Shown here in pieces: positions 39,222-52,900 of a stretch of DNA of 64,000 nucleotides. The DNA is taken from assembly GCA_964016885.1 (NCBI GenBank), contig OZ024743.1, forward strand, positions 163,246,001 through 163,310,000, written 5' to 3'. Made by a program: the position numbers and the translations under genes. Positions within the stretch are counted from its first letter, which is position 1; each line of letters begins with the position of its first letter. The stretch comes from Eledone cirrhosa. Taxonomy: Eukaryota. Under the pieces are notes generated by a model. That model had not been told where the DNA came from. It was given only the letters and a program-made list of their open reading frames with translations, and did no database searches.

Positions 39222-41778
39222 CTAGCAGTTTAGCCCGGCGTTGCTCGGGTTTGTTCATTTGCTATGAATAGTTACATACAGGTAAACGCGGCTTGAAAGC
39301 GAATAAGCTTATCAATTAAGTGCATAAAGCAGTTGAACCGGTTATTAAAAGTTACGAACCAATTAGCATTTTGGACAATCAATGATGGATTAATAATCTT
39401 GTGGGACAGTAAGTAAATGAAGGGGAGTAACTTGAAAGTTATGTCATGATTGATTGGAAACCAGACGACACAATATGAAATATTAAACACGATATTAGAA
39501 ATATATTTTTGTAAATAAGACAATTTATATACACGAGTCGTCGTCTCTCCTGATTATCGTCCAGCCGTGTGTGAGCCCGAAGGAAGTCTGCTCCTATGAT
39601 AGGCTGATGGGCATCATTTTTAATTTGGTGGGTGGGGGTGGGGGATTCCGTTTTTATTTGTGGTCCGTTTTTTATGGGGGGGGGTCCATTTTTTATTGGG
39701 GGGATCCGCTTTTTATTTTTTATTTGACGTGAGGGGGTGGGGTTATTTGGAATCCGTTTTTTATTTTGGGGGGGTGTCCGTTTTTTATGGGGGGATCCGT
39801 TTTTTATTTGGGGGGAGGGGCTTTTTTTATTTGGAATCCGTTCTTTTTATTGGGGGTGGGGTCCGATTTTTATTGGGGTATCCGTTTTTTATTGGGGGGG
39901 GGGCGTTTTTTTATTGGGGAGGTCCGTTTTTTATTGGGGGGATCCGTTTTTATTTGGGGGGGGGGGGGGGGTCCGTTTTTTATTGGGGGTGGATCACCCA
40001 ATTCACACTTTTGAAGCAAAATGTCAAAGAGTTCCCGTAGACCTTTTGGTGATTTCAACAAAACACCCTCTGCTAAAGTGGAATCCCATTGCGAATCATC
40101 TTCCAAAAGACCACGCTTAAAGCAGGCTTCCCGGTACGTATCACATATTTCTCCATCAACAGTTTTGAGGTCCTGAAAACTTTGCGGGCCTACAACTTCA
40201 TGCAGAAGAAGGCGGAGATGAAAGCACTCATGCTGACTTGGGGGCACAGTGTAAACCCTTCCAAGACAGCTGTCAAATTTTAAACCAGGATGTCTTTCAA
40301 CAGCCTGACCTGACTTCTTCGCACCCAAGTGTTTTTCGACCATATAAAGTAGGATGGAACCTGGGGGTACTCAATTGTTTGCGCAAATGTATCGAACTGG
40401 TAAAGTTTGAAGAAACCCGTCAGAGTGGTCTCTTTCGGATCGGCGGCCAACTTGGTGGCCGTTTGGTCCGTAAAGTAAACCCTTTGCCCATTTTCCAAAT
40501 GTACCGCAAGCTGTACGATGGCGGGTGCCGTTGGTGTAGGGGTAAACCAAATAGGCGCTAAAAAGCTTCATTGCTACTGATGTACCGCCCCGCCAGGTAT
40601 TCTGTGACCTCGTGCCTACTATTTTCAGCTTGAAATGCGAACATTGCGGCATCAGAGCCCTTATTTACATATTTGCATATGTATATCGACTTGAGGGAGT
40701 TGCAAAACTCAACGTTGATATGGGCGTTGAACATCTTAAAGAGAAGCGGGCAGTAAGGGACCAGCCATCTATTGTCGACTTGAACTCCCTTTACTGTTGT
40801 GGTGAAGTCACCGTTCTCGGGCCGTCTCCGCCTGTACAGGGGGTACCCGTCGCCATCAGTCTGAGTCTGGTCAACAAATATTTTTGGGTATCCCTTACTG
40901 CACGGCTCCCCTTTCAGATACGTGTGATGCTCATTAGGACCCGACGCCGTACACGGATCATGTAAGCTTTGACGATGTCATGTAATTCCTGGTCAGTTGC
41001 TGGGTTAGGGATTTCAGCCGAAATGAAGCTGTCTATGGCATTTGAATTGATTTTATCAGCTAACCAAATCAAAATGTGAGCATGTAGCAGCCCTCGTTTT
41101 TGGCATTTGACGGTGAACATGTCACATTTTACAGCCCCAAATATCTTACCCTTTTTCATTAAAGCCATGAGTTTAGCCAGTTTCAGTCTGAACACTCTGG
41201 CAATGAAGTCATGTCTGTTCGAATAATTTTGCCCAGGAAAAAGTTCATGGGTTACATCCCGATTCATATGTCTATAGCATTAATCTGTTATATGAAGTGT
41301 TATTTTGCGGGTTGTTATTTGCAATAAGCCGATTGAAAATGCCCCAGATAAGCCGTATGTCAATACGGAACGCTCAATATGGAACGCTCAATACGGAACG
41401 CTCCACTGCAGTGTTGTCATATAGGGAGTGAAGAGCGACAGAGAGAGCAAAGCAGTTAAATTATAGAGAGAGGGAATATACGGAACGCTCCATTTGATCA
41501 TACACACTGTTTCTCTCTCTACAATGTTGTCATATAGAGAGTGAAGAGCGACAGAGAGAGAGAGAGAGAGAGAGTAAAGCAGTTAAATTATAGAGAGGGG
41601 GAATGATCATGATCGAATTTTGCCCTTATTGTTGATGGATTTGAAATTTATTTGCTTCATGACCTTTTCCTGACTAAAAGCAATAATTGTCCTGACTTTG
41701 AATAGAATCCGTTGGAAATTGTGGACGTGCATACGTTACAAACCTTAACACACACATCCTCAGATTTGTATATATAGA
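39222..41778 (-). mobile_element. Internally deleted Helitron with both termini
   Basis: 5' TCTATATATAC at 41778; Rep remnants (QKRGLLHAH, ENGQRVYF, LRLLLHEV); 3' hairpin cccgagcaacgccggg plus CTAG. Confidence 0.88.
39630..39995 (+). repeat. G-rich ~20-bp minisatellite (GGGGGGATCCGTTTTTTATT)n inside the Helitron
   Basis: More than a dozen imperfect units visible. Confidence 0.92.
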
Positions 41779-43430
41779 CTAGCAGTTTAGCCCGGCGCTG
41801 CTCGGGTTTGTGCATTTGCTATGAAAAGTTACATACAGGTAAACGCGGCTTGAAAGCGAATAGCTTATCAATTATGTGCATAAAGCAGTTGAACCGGTTA
41901 TTAAAAGTTACGAACCAATTAGCATTTTGGACAATCAATGATGGGTTAATAATCTTCCAATAGCAAATTTAGTAGACCAAAGTTGCAAGATCGTGGCCCT
42001 GATGCCGCTGGGTGTCAGATCTGTCCGCCATGGGTGACCCTACCAGGAAATAGTTTTCCAGACGGCATAGCTCCAACACCTCCAACACCTCCAACACCTG
42101 CACCAACATCTATAGCACCTCTTTGTAGACGATATTGCGTGTCATCTTGAGGAGTGTAAACAAAAAGTCAATTCCTGCTCCCTACGCGGGAACAGGCAAC
42201 ATAAAGTTGGCCATGGGAGAAGCATGGCTCCCCCAAATGGATGCCCGCTACCGACAATGTTTGCCCTTGTGACTTGTTAATGGACATGGCAAAGCATGGT
42301 CTTACCGGGAATTGGGATCGCCGAAAATCGAACGGGATATCTGACGCCGAGGGGAAAAGGTTCATCCTTGGAATGAAAACATTCTCCCCTCTCCCGCACC
42401 CCGTTACAATGGTGGCCTCAATCAAGTGGGGCATCAGTGACTTGACGACCATGCGAGTACCGTAGCACTGTTTTGGTGGACGCAAGTTTCTTATTAGCAT
42501 AATGGGACAGCCAACCCTAAGCTTATGAATGAGCTTTGGGGGCTCAAGGGAATTTAATAACTCAACCGGATAATTAACGATATCGTCGGGGTCTGACGTC
42601 CGGTCGATAGATTTGTGTTCTTTACCGGGAATCTTCTCAATCAGCTGCTCGTTAATAAAATTAACCATGGTATTTTTTGGAGCAAGGATAGCTCTTTCGC
42701 TGAGCCAATTGAGGTTTTTAAAGTTAGATGAGACATTAGGAAAAACTGCTTCCCAAAGGTCAGAAGGGCTGCTCAAAGGTCAGAAGGGCTGCTCAATGTT
42801 GCACAGGGAGTCGATTGCTATGTCTGTACGTGTTTATGTCTGTACGTGTTTGTGTGTACGTGTATACATCCGCGTATGCATGTGTATGAACATGTGTGTG
42901 TGCGTGTTTATGTATATAGGCCTGTGGGCGTGTGTCTATGTATATACGTGCCTCTCTGAATGAATGTATGCGTATGTTTATATGTTTATATGTTCTCCTT
43001 AATGTGTGGGTATAGCGGGAGTCTATGCGTACGACTGTCGGTATCTATGTGGTTGTGTGTGTATGTGTGTCTGTGTGAGTACGCGCGTGGATGTGTGGAC
43101 TACCAAACACAGCAGTAATTCATTGAAGTGTAGCAGACATGGGACAGCGGAATAATACCTGTGGTCAGTATTTATGACGATGTAGGCAACCAGCGGCCAA
43201 TCACTGGACGCGCGAAGAGGATGAAGTTTTTGACAGTACTGGCCCACAGGGTCAGATACCCCAGTGAGAGAATATGCTCCGAAATCATTAGACGTGTCCG
43301 TCGAACCTGTGGGTCCAGAATCAGACAGATCCACACAATGATTGCGTCTCGAGCTGTCCGCCGGCGAAACAATTGTAACACACAATAAATTGAGTTCAGA
43401 TGTATCTCTGATTTTTCGTTTTATATTATA
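41779..43430 (-). mobile_element. Helitron sharing the same 3' end, with a helicase C-terminal ORF (42168-42776); 5' boundary approximate
   Basis: 41779-41956 duplicates 39222-39400; RAILAPKN, RSQFPVRPCFAMSINKSQGQT. Confidence 0.82.
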
Positions 43431-43503
43431 TCATATTCTGCTGTGTAAAAGCATAGAGTGCTCAACCGGCATACCGCCTATGGAAGCATCTTAGCTACCA
43501 TCC

Positions 43504-43584
<81 letters not shown>

Positions 43585-43588
<4 letters not shown>

Positions 43589-44929
43589 TATATATTCTTT
43601 CATTTCTGAATTTGTTTAGCAAGATTCCTTATCTGAAAACGTGTGTTGAAACCGATATTGTTATACTTTGGGAGGGTGATGTTGCCAATAAGAAACACAC
43701 GCACCAGTTGTTTTTACTTAAATTTATTATAAATTTCCGGTTGGTTGGTTGGTTCTATAACCGGATGGTTGTTCATATATTGTCAAAGTTCTTTCGTCAC
43801 ACATTCTGTGACATCTTCAGTGACGGGATTCTTTTCTTTATTTTTTTATTTTGTGCCTCTCCTTTGTTCTGTCCTACGCCATCTTGTTTTTGTGTGTGTT
43901 GTGTGCTTAGTTTGCGCAAGTGTTAAATCCGGGTGTCTGTGTATGTTTTTATTTGTTTATTTATTTGTTTATTTACATGTTACTAGTTGGTTGTTTGTTC
44001 TATGTGTGTGTGTTTTCATTTTGTCCTTAATTATAAATTGTGATGTTGCTATTCCATTCATGTTTTCTATTTAATTTTGGTTGGAGTTCATTTATGTTTA
44101 TTGCCTCTGTGATTTGCGTTTTTTCTGTGTGTAGATTCTATTTTTATCTCTATGTTTTTTAATTTGCCCTTATGTTCTATTTTAGCATGTTGGTGGAGTA
44201 TTGATGAGTCTTTTCTATCTTGGAGTTCTCGCCAGTGTTCATTTAATCGTTCTCCTATGCTACGAGCTGTCTCACCTATGTACATTATATTCTTATTTTT
44301 ACATTGTCCCTCAGTACATCTTATGCTATATACTATGTTTCTAGTTTTACAGTTAATATGGGGGCTTAGCTTACAGATTATGCATTTCCTATCTATACAG
44401 AGAGGTCTTTGAAAAGGGTATGTATTACTAATTAGTGTTTTTATGGAGGTACCTGGTCTTTCCACTATCTTAATATTTAGTTTAAGTTTATCCAGGGCCC
44501 TTCTAAATTTGTAAGCTAGTTCACCTCTAGGGGTTGTATTGATGAACATTACACTCTGGCATTTATTGCAATCATATCATGAGTTTATTTTATTAACCTT
44601 ATTCCTAGTTCTTTCTATTCTATTCCAATATTATATATTCGTTTTTGAATTTGTTTTGTGAGATTTCTTATCAGAAACGTTGAAACAGATATTGTTATAC
44701 TTTGGGAAGGCCATGTTACCAATAAAAAACAGACGAACCTGTTGGATTTCACTTCAATTTATTATAAATTTCCAGTTGGCTGGTTGGTTTGATAACCGGA
44801 AGATTGTTTATATATTATCAAAACTCTTTTGTCACACATTCTGTGACCTCCTCAGTGACTAGGTTTTTATTTTGTTTGTCTTTCCTTTGTTCTGTCCTAC
44901 ACCATCTTGTTTTTGTGTATGAGTCACAT

Positions 44930-45024
<95 letters not shown>

Positions 45025-47400
45025 ATTTTTATTTATGTGTTTATTTACTTGTCACTAGTTGGTTGTTTGTTCTATCTGTGTGTGTCTGATTTGTTTTGTT
45101 AGTTTGGTTTTTGTGTGTGTCTGTATGTCTTCATTTTGTCCTTAATTACTAGTTGTGATGATACTATTCCACCCATGTTTTCTGTTTAATTTTGGTTGGA
45201 GTTCATTTATGTTTGTCGCCTCTGTAATTTGTCTGAGCATTGCATCTTTTCTCTGTGTGGATATAATTTTTATCTCTATATTCTTTAATGTGCCCCTATG
45301 TTCTATTTTGGTATGTTGGTGGAGTACTGATGAGTTTTTCCCATCCGGGAGTTCTCGCCAGTGTTCACTTATCCTTTCTCCTATGCTACAGGCTGTTTCA
45401 CCTATGTATGTTATCTTCTTATTCCTACATTGTCCCTCAGTACATCTTTTCTATATACTACGTTCCTAGTTTTGCAGTTAATTTTCGGGCTTAGCTTGCA
45501 GACTATGCATTTCCTATCAGCACAAGGGGATCTTTGAAATGGGTATGTTTTGCTAATTAGGGTTTTTAGAGGAATACCTGGTCTTTCAACTATCTTAATA
45601 TTTAATTTGAGCTTGTCTAGGGCCCTTCTAAATCTATAAGCTAGTTTGCCTCTAGGGGTTGTATTGATAAACATTACACTCTGGTATTTATTGCTATTAT
45701 ACCATGAGTTTATTTTATTTACCTGATTCCTAATCCTTTCTATTCTGTTCCAAAATTGGCTCCTATTCATGGGGCAAGTTCCATTTGCATCATTTTCTAC
45801 AATCTTTGCCAATTTGGTTCTGGCTCCTTTATATGCTCTGACCTTGTCTCTCTGATTGTAGCCAGAGAACTGCATGCAGTGGATGAAGTGTTGTATTGTC
45901 TCTCTAATTCTTTGGGGTTGCACGTGTGGGACACGTTCCTCATCACCCTTACTAAGTCCACAATCAGTATGTTGATTTTTATGTGGTCTGAAATAGCTGC
46001 GTTTCGGTGGATCAAGTATTTGGAGGTCATGGGTTTGGCATAATGCAAATAGAGAATTTGCGTTCTATTACTAATAGTTTCCAACCAGATTTCTGTTTCT
46101 AGTACGGGTAATCTATGGTTGGGGTGTTTACTTGGGTAGTCTATAGTAACTTTAATACTCTGGTGGATGGAGTTAGCTATTTGCTGGATGCTTTCCATGG
46201 TGTTCCTCTCTAATTCCTGACTGTTCTCCTGTGGGGGTGTTTTCACTACAATATTTATGTCATCTATATAGTGGGAGTACATAGTTAGGGTTATAAAATT
46301 GTCGTCTAATTGTTCCTTAAGTCCTCTGTCTCGCCATACGATAAAGAGGTTAGCTATGTTACTCGCAATGCTCTCTCCAACGGCTGCCCCCTCCTCTTCG
46401 GAATATGTTTTGCCATTAAATTTGAACATATGTTCCTTAAGGGTTAGTTTTATACTGGCCCCGACCGCATATGCGATCATTGTCTTTAATTCATCATGGT
46501 TTTCGGGTGTCCTATGGTTCTGGTCCACCCACTCCATCTTTCTATGTGGGTTTTCTTGACTATTGAGGTAATGGTGGGTGGTCTGCCTCTTTCTGGCCTT
46601 GTTGGGCAGAGGCTGCTGAGGTCATGCGTGTCTAAGTATTTCTTATTGTATGTGAGTTTAAGTAGGAGTCCCAGCTCACTGGTATCAATCTCACAGAATT
46701 CCACATCACTCTCGCTGATCATTTCTACGCATTTTTTCACAGCAAAATCAACGCTGATTGATGGGTATAGGGACACTACATCTATGCTACCTATTGTAAA
46801 GCATGTTAGGTCACTAGACAGGTTGCATTCGCTGATTCTGCCGAGGAGGTCCTCTGTGCTGTCACATATATCTGGGGACATTTCGATGATAGGGCATATG
46901 GTCATGGAGAGGAAGTAGAAGAGTCTGTAGTTGCTAGCAATATTAGCTCCACAGACTGGTCCTGTTGGTGGTTCTGTGACTGGGTCACTATTTGCCTTGT
47001 GGTCTTTGCAAAGCCCATACAGCGTAGGTACATCATTGTTCCAGGCCTGGAATTTATTGGCAGTCCGCTTATTAGGCTGCATTATGTTAGTCCACATCAT
47101 CATATGAGCGTTGAGGGTTTTTTCCCTTTCCTCATGCTCTTGTGGTGTTACTTGTCTTGTGTTGATTTGGGATTGCATTTCCTGGATGTAGTTTGGCAGA
47201 CTGTCAACTGACATTCTGCCAGACTTGTCTGTTTGGATTGCATACAGTCTCTCCATTTCGTGAGCGCTGCATGAGCTTATGCAAGCCGTTTGCAGATTTC
47301 CCCCAGTTGCTGGGCCTCCATTCTATTCTGTTTCCTACTATGATGTTCTAGAATCTTTTAAAGTTTAGTTCTGGCTATTGTAAATTGTGCCTCTATTTAG
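43585..47400 (-). mobile_element. Penelope-like element 1 (RT + GIY-YIG) with a partial tandem 3' copy (43585-44630)
   Basis: SIDVVSLYPSI, GAAVG, YIDD, YAKPM, Cys knuckle, IVYSIRC...YIGETARS; abuts a (CA)n/(TA)n tract. Confidence 0.9.
43782..43824 (-). ncRNA. Minimal type I hammerhead ribozyme (PLE 1); degenerate second copy at 44817-44859
   Basis: GUCA-CUGAAGA-U-GUCACA..UGUGAC-GAAA-GAAC-UU-UGAC; the second copy has GAAA changed to AAAA. Confidence 0.75.
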
Positions 47401-47699
47401 TCATCAGCCCGTGATGCCAATCCTGATCGTTTGTTAAACCAAAGCTATGTAGGGTAAATTCATTGCACATCGAAGGACTTATCAGATGGGTCATAGAATG
47501 TGGAATTCCAAGCTGTATTGTTTACTATGTTGTTATTTTGAATTGTGTTGTTTTCTTTACTTCCACCAACAGCTTCATGGTTGCTTCTATATCTCTCATT
47601 GTTTCTCCTGCCCCCTTTGTGTCACTGTTATTTTCTAATCTATTTTGTGTATCTGTGTGTTAGCCAGGCTAGCAAGATACTGAAAACCACCGTGTTCTG

Positions 47700-49260
47700 T
47701 TGTCTAAAGAAAACAATAACATCTCGACAACTCCACTTCATAAAACAATGTGCAATTATGTCATGTCTATCTTTAGGTTTTTGCCCTTTGTATATTTTCT
47801 CTTTGATTTCGTCCCATTTAGGACTGTGAGGGAACGTTATGAAGAAATCAGGCCTACTGTATTCTCTAACATAACACATTGCATCTTGAGTTCTTTCTTT
47901 CCAATATCTTGGACTGCCGACAAAAGTAGAAGGTAAAATTCAGGCCTACTTAATTCTTGTGCATTGAATATTCTTGAATATTCTTTGACCCTGAGCTTGG
48001 TTTAGTCCTTTTTAATATACAATAGTTGTTCAAATTCAATTTTGGCATAGAGATCAACTAAGTACATTTGGAACAATTGTTTACATCTTACAATTTGATT
48101 CCAAGTATTTCTTAGTTGTAAATGGCATGCACAATATTGCCTGGATGTAACTTTCTTATTTGGGACTGTTTGATTTGTATTTGGATTGTATAAAGGTAAA
48201 TCCAACGAATAGCCATCATTTCCTCTCCAATGAATCACAGGATATTGTAATGGATCATAGGATCTATATAATTCATTGATTTTCTTTACAGTATTATCTT
48301 TTACAGTATTACAGTATTATCTATTATTAAGTAAAAATGATGTTTCTTCGTGGAAATTCAGTTCCAACCATTACTAATCCCATATTGTTAGATATTCGGT
48401 CATTGTACCTTCGTGTATACTCACCAGCTGGTACTCTATCTGCACAAATTGATAATTGAAGATTTGGACTGTTAACAAAAGATGTCATATTTTTAATTTG
48501 ACTGATTAGCTCACTATTCTCCAAAAGCATCTCTTGGATGTCTCTTATAGTGTGCAACTATAGGAAACCTACTATTTGTAGTATTATTTTGTTCATTTAA
48601 ATCCAGGGCATGCAACAGGCGGCCTGCGGGCCATAATCCGGCCTGCCAGACCAACCACAGTCGCCTGCGATGACCGTTTTTAATTTTTACCTTGTAGACT
48701 TATTTAGAATTTTTTTCGTAACTGTAATACAATTTTCTGTTAGTTGACCTTTACTAAAGGGCTTCACTAATGGGGTTATGTGTGTTATAATTTCCCAGTT
48801 CCATGTTATGGAAAGAAGTTGTGGTGAATCTTTGGAATAGTGCTTAATAAATATTAATGGCCCTAATAGTTGTTCCAATGTTCAAAAGTGGCCCGCCAAT
48901 GGAATATGTTGCACACCCCTGTTTAAATCATCAATAAAATAAACTTGAGCATATTTAGGAATATTATCAACTGCATTATTTAATGAACTTATTCTGTGAT
49001 AAATTTGACCTTGTATTTTGAAAACGCATGAATCCTGGTAGAGATATTGATTCATCGACTCCGAAGGATGTCATTGAAAACTTTCGTTATATTTTTTTTA
49101 TATTCTTTAAGAAGTTTTTGGAATCCAGTGTTTCCCCCAGCATTAGTGTATTTAAAGGTTCAGGTGGTCTTTCAATTTAACTTTACCATTGGAACAACAT
49201 AATCCCTTAGATTCATCTCTAAATAGTTTTGCACAACAATGCTTACAAACTACTGACATT
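47700..49260 (-). mobile_element. Old AT-rich Helitron Rep fragment
   Basis: YVREYSRPDFFITF, FQMYLVDLYAKIE, FKIQGQIYHRI-like remnants. Confidence 0.8.
48604..48921. mobile_element. hAT-type MITE with 8-bp TSD TTTAAATC
   Basis: CAGGGCATGCAAC...GTTGCACACCCCTG termini; TSD at 48596-48603 and 48922-48929. Confidence 0.88.
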
Positions 49261-49261
49261 G

Positions 49262-49590
49262 TTCTGCTGACGAAGAAGGGTTTCTCCCTGCGTACGAAAG
49301 GCCGGTTATATAATGCCTGTGTGAGGAGCGTGATGCTGCATAGCAGTGAGACATGGGCAGCAACTGCAGAGGATATGCGAAGGCTGGAGAGAAATTAGGC
49401 AAGCATACTCCGTTGGATGTGCAATGTCAATGTGCGTGAAAGGCCGAGCATGGATGTGTTGAGAAAGAAACTGTGTCTGAAAGGGATAGATTGCGATGGT
49501 ATGGACATGTGGAGGATGACCGATGGGTGAAGAAGTGCCAAGAAATGCCAATTGAAGGAAGACGTAATAGAGGTAGACCATTGATAACGT
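49262..49590 (+). mobile_element. RTE LINE fragment
   Basis: KGFSLRTKGRLYNACVRSVMLHSSETW. Confidence 0.8.
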
Positions 49591-49887
49591 AATTTTCCAA
49601 AGTGACACTGTTGTTAAATGAATTTGTGCTGTTTGCTTCCACGGAGAAAAAATATAGAAGACGAAGAAGAGAAAGATGAAATAAGAAAGTTGTGGAGAGA
49701 ATAGAGTGGTCCAGTTGTTTGAACAATGGAACACTCTGATCATGGAATTAACATGCACATGACTAAGCTTTCCACATATACATTCACTCTTAGCGAACTT
49801 TCACCAGGAATTGAACTCATGACGTAATATATATATATATATATATACGATATTAATAAATGGAAACTATATTTATAAAACCATATT

Positions 49888-49952
49888 TATTTCATTATAC
49901 ATATTTCAGGGATACCACATTAAATTATGGTATGCCTTCATCAGACAAAATA
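49888..49952 (-). ncRNA. Type I hammerhead ribozyme (mirror of 54424-54488)
   Basis: Reverse complement of the plus-strand motif. Confidence 0.8.
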
Positions 49953-52900
49953 CAATATATAACAGTTTTACAAATAGGTTTGACGTACCCTTTAAAATAC
50001 AACCATTACTTTTGGAGGCTGTCTGGATAGTAATTTGTTCATATAATAAGTCATAGTGTTAAGCACAATTAGAAAAAGACGGAGAGAAAGAAAGAGAAAA
50101 GAACAAAGACAGAGAGAGAGAAAGAAAAGAGAAAGAAAACCGGGAGAAATATCGGAGAGAGAGAGAAAAGTATGGAGAAAAGAAAGAGATAGATAAAGAT
50201 AGGAGGAAATAAAAAAGAAAGAAAAGGAAGGAATAAGAAAAACAAAACAAAGGAAAGCAACAGAGAGATATCAAGTCATCATACAGAAAGAGAAACTCAA
50301 GAGAGAGAAATACTATATATAGAGAGGGGGGACAGTGACAACTTTACGTCATGTCATATTAAGTTAAGTTAACAATTTATATGAAATGAATAATAAAAAT
50401 ATAAATATAAGTATCAATATTCATGAATGGGACATAGATATATAATATGAGAAATTAAACATTGTTCAATAATGACCATATGTTTAGTTTAGAAACTTGA
50501 GATCAATATACCAAAATCTGAGTTCAAAATGTACCCTTGGTATAGAGATTAGTATTTTATGCAAAGACATACAAATACATATGTATATATACATACATAT
50601 AGATACGCACGTCCTGAAAATAGAAATTATGTTTACTCAAGCCAACAATATAGCCATACAAAACGTAAATGATTTCTCTTAATCACTGCTATATACTCAT
50701 TGTGTTATAAAAATTTCACAGTATATATATACAAATATATACGATTAACAATCATGTCCTCATATATACGATTACCATTCATGTGTTTAATATTATGCAC
50801 ATCTGCAACATACCTCTCAACCACATAGATATATACACACACATATATACACATACATATGTATAATAAATATTTGCGTGCGTCCTCATGCATCACTCAT
50901 GTATATATACAGACACATATACAAACACAAAAAATCTATAACACTTTCTATGCATGTTAATACACACATATGCATTTGTATAGAGATAATCCAATATCAA
51001 TAAATTACCAAAGGGTTATAATTTGTAAATATAACCATAACAATACAAATTTAAAATGCAACTATATAGTCAAAAGAAATCTAGAAATATCAAAGCATTA
51101 AATATCATTAAAACACTATAGAGTATCTTAAGTTAAAATAATATGTTTTATATATTTAGTATAGAAATTTATCCTACGTATATCTCAATCAAGATATTGA
51201 GAGGGTAGACTTGTGAAAGTTATGAGAAGCTATCATAATCAAAACAAATAAAAATAATTTAAAAGATTTAAAAAATTTTAAAAACCCAATGATTCTACAG
51301 ATAACCTTATATTTAATATAGAAATTTACCTTACGTATATTTTATTTAATACATTGGAAGTATAGACATTTTAGAGTAGTTTATTATATCCATGTTTATA
51401 TTTAGGAAGAAAATTTAAAAAGAAAAAGGTGAAGGAATCTAATGGATTATCGACAGGTTCTATATATTAACTAAAATTACTGAATTAATTATACTACATT
51501 TTAAATTTATATTTATATTTAAACGTTGAGTTCAATCTATGTCTGCAGCAACTGAATAAATTGTTCCTCAGATTAAGGGAATTTTTGGACTTTAATATAA
51601 AGAATATTTCTTCAATACAAAGATCACAATTTTCTGAAGAGGAATTAAAAGGAGTAGCTTTTGAGATAATATTCCAATTCATCGAATATTTAATATTATC
51701 TCGTTTTAGGTCCCATAGTAGACTAGATAGCGAAGTTGAAGATTTTTTGTTTGGATCTGTGAAAGAATTCTTATGATTATTGAAGCGAAATTTAAATTCT
51801 GTAGAGGTGGAACCAACATAGTTAAATGAATTTAAATTAGTTTTAACATTACAATTGTACACTACATTTTTAGCTAAGTAGTTGTTACTTAACGGACAGT
51901 TAGATTTATTTCTACAGTTACAGTTATTTAATTGAATATTGTTTGGGTTATTATTGGTATTTTGGTTAGGTTTTAAATTCCTATTATTAATTCTATTAAT
52001 ATTTTGTGCTAAGTTTTTGGTGGACGAGTAAGTTAATTTTATAGTGTGTCTATTAAAAATTGAGTGATATTTATGTGTTCTAGGGAAGCGTGTGTCAAGA
52101 GCTTTAAAGAATAGTTTAGCAATAGGGGTTTTAATATTTAGTGAGAAAGGGGGAGCAAACCATAATATATTTCTAGTTCTATTTCTTTTTCGGCTTTTGG
52201 AATTATTGTAATGATTTCTATTATAGTTGTTAAAGTTGTTACCGTAATTGGAATTGTTATTATTTTGGTTAGTTTGCTTATTATTATTATTATCGATGTA
52301 TTTAATTTTATTTCTATATCCAGCTCTAGCTAATGCTTCGTTGTAATACTGCGCTTTTTCATCAAATATATTTTTATTAGATGAAATTCTTGAAATTCGT
52401 TCTTGAACAGAGTTCACTATAGTATTTTTAACAGATCTGGGGTGATTAGAGTTAAAGTTGACATAATTCAAGTTCTCATTTAGTTTGTGAAATGGATAAT
52501 GAAGACATGTGTTGAGGTTTAGTGTTACATCAAGAAAATTGACTATTCTATGGTTATTCTCTATTTCTATTTTTAGATTAAGGTAATTAAAAAAATTGTA
52601 TAATAAGAATTCTTTCACAGATCCAAACAAAAAATCTTCAACTTCGCTATCTAGTCTACTATGGGACCTAAAACGAGATAATATTAAATATTCGATGAAT
52701 TGGAATATTATCTCAAAAGCTACTCCTTTTAATTCCTCTTCAGAAAATTGTGATCTTTGTATTGAAGAAATATTCTTTATATTAAAGTCCAAAAATTCCC
52801 TTAATCTGAGGAACAATTTATTCAGTTGCTGCAGACATAGATTGAACTCAACGTTTAAATATAAATATAAATTTAAAATGTAGTATAATTAATTCAGTAA

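Noticed and set aside
39660-40120. Gly/Phe-rich ORFs
   Set aside because: Translations of the G-rich minisatellite.
43630-43662. Plus-strand CTGAAAA...GAAA motif
   Set aside because: Non-canonical core, stems do not pair, and it is not conserved in the tandem copy.
50059-50274. Hydrophobic membrane-protein-like ORFs (also 54036-54317 and the YI/CV repeat ORFs)
   Set aside because: Translations of low-complexity GA/TC, TA and CA tracts.
51494-52816. 440-aa ORF as one real protein, or a Naiad-type selenoprotein
   Set aside because: The first ~70 aa are antisense read-through of the inverted arm; the endonuclease is C-terminal and there is no in-frame TGA.
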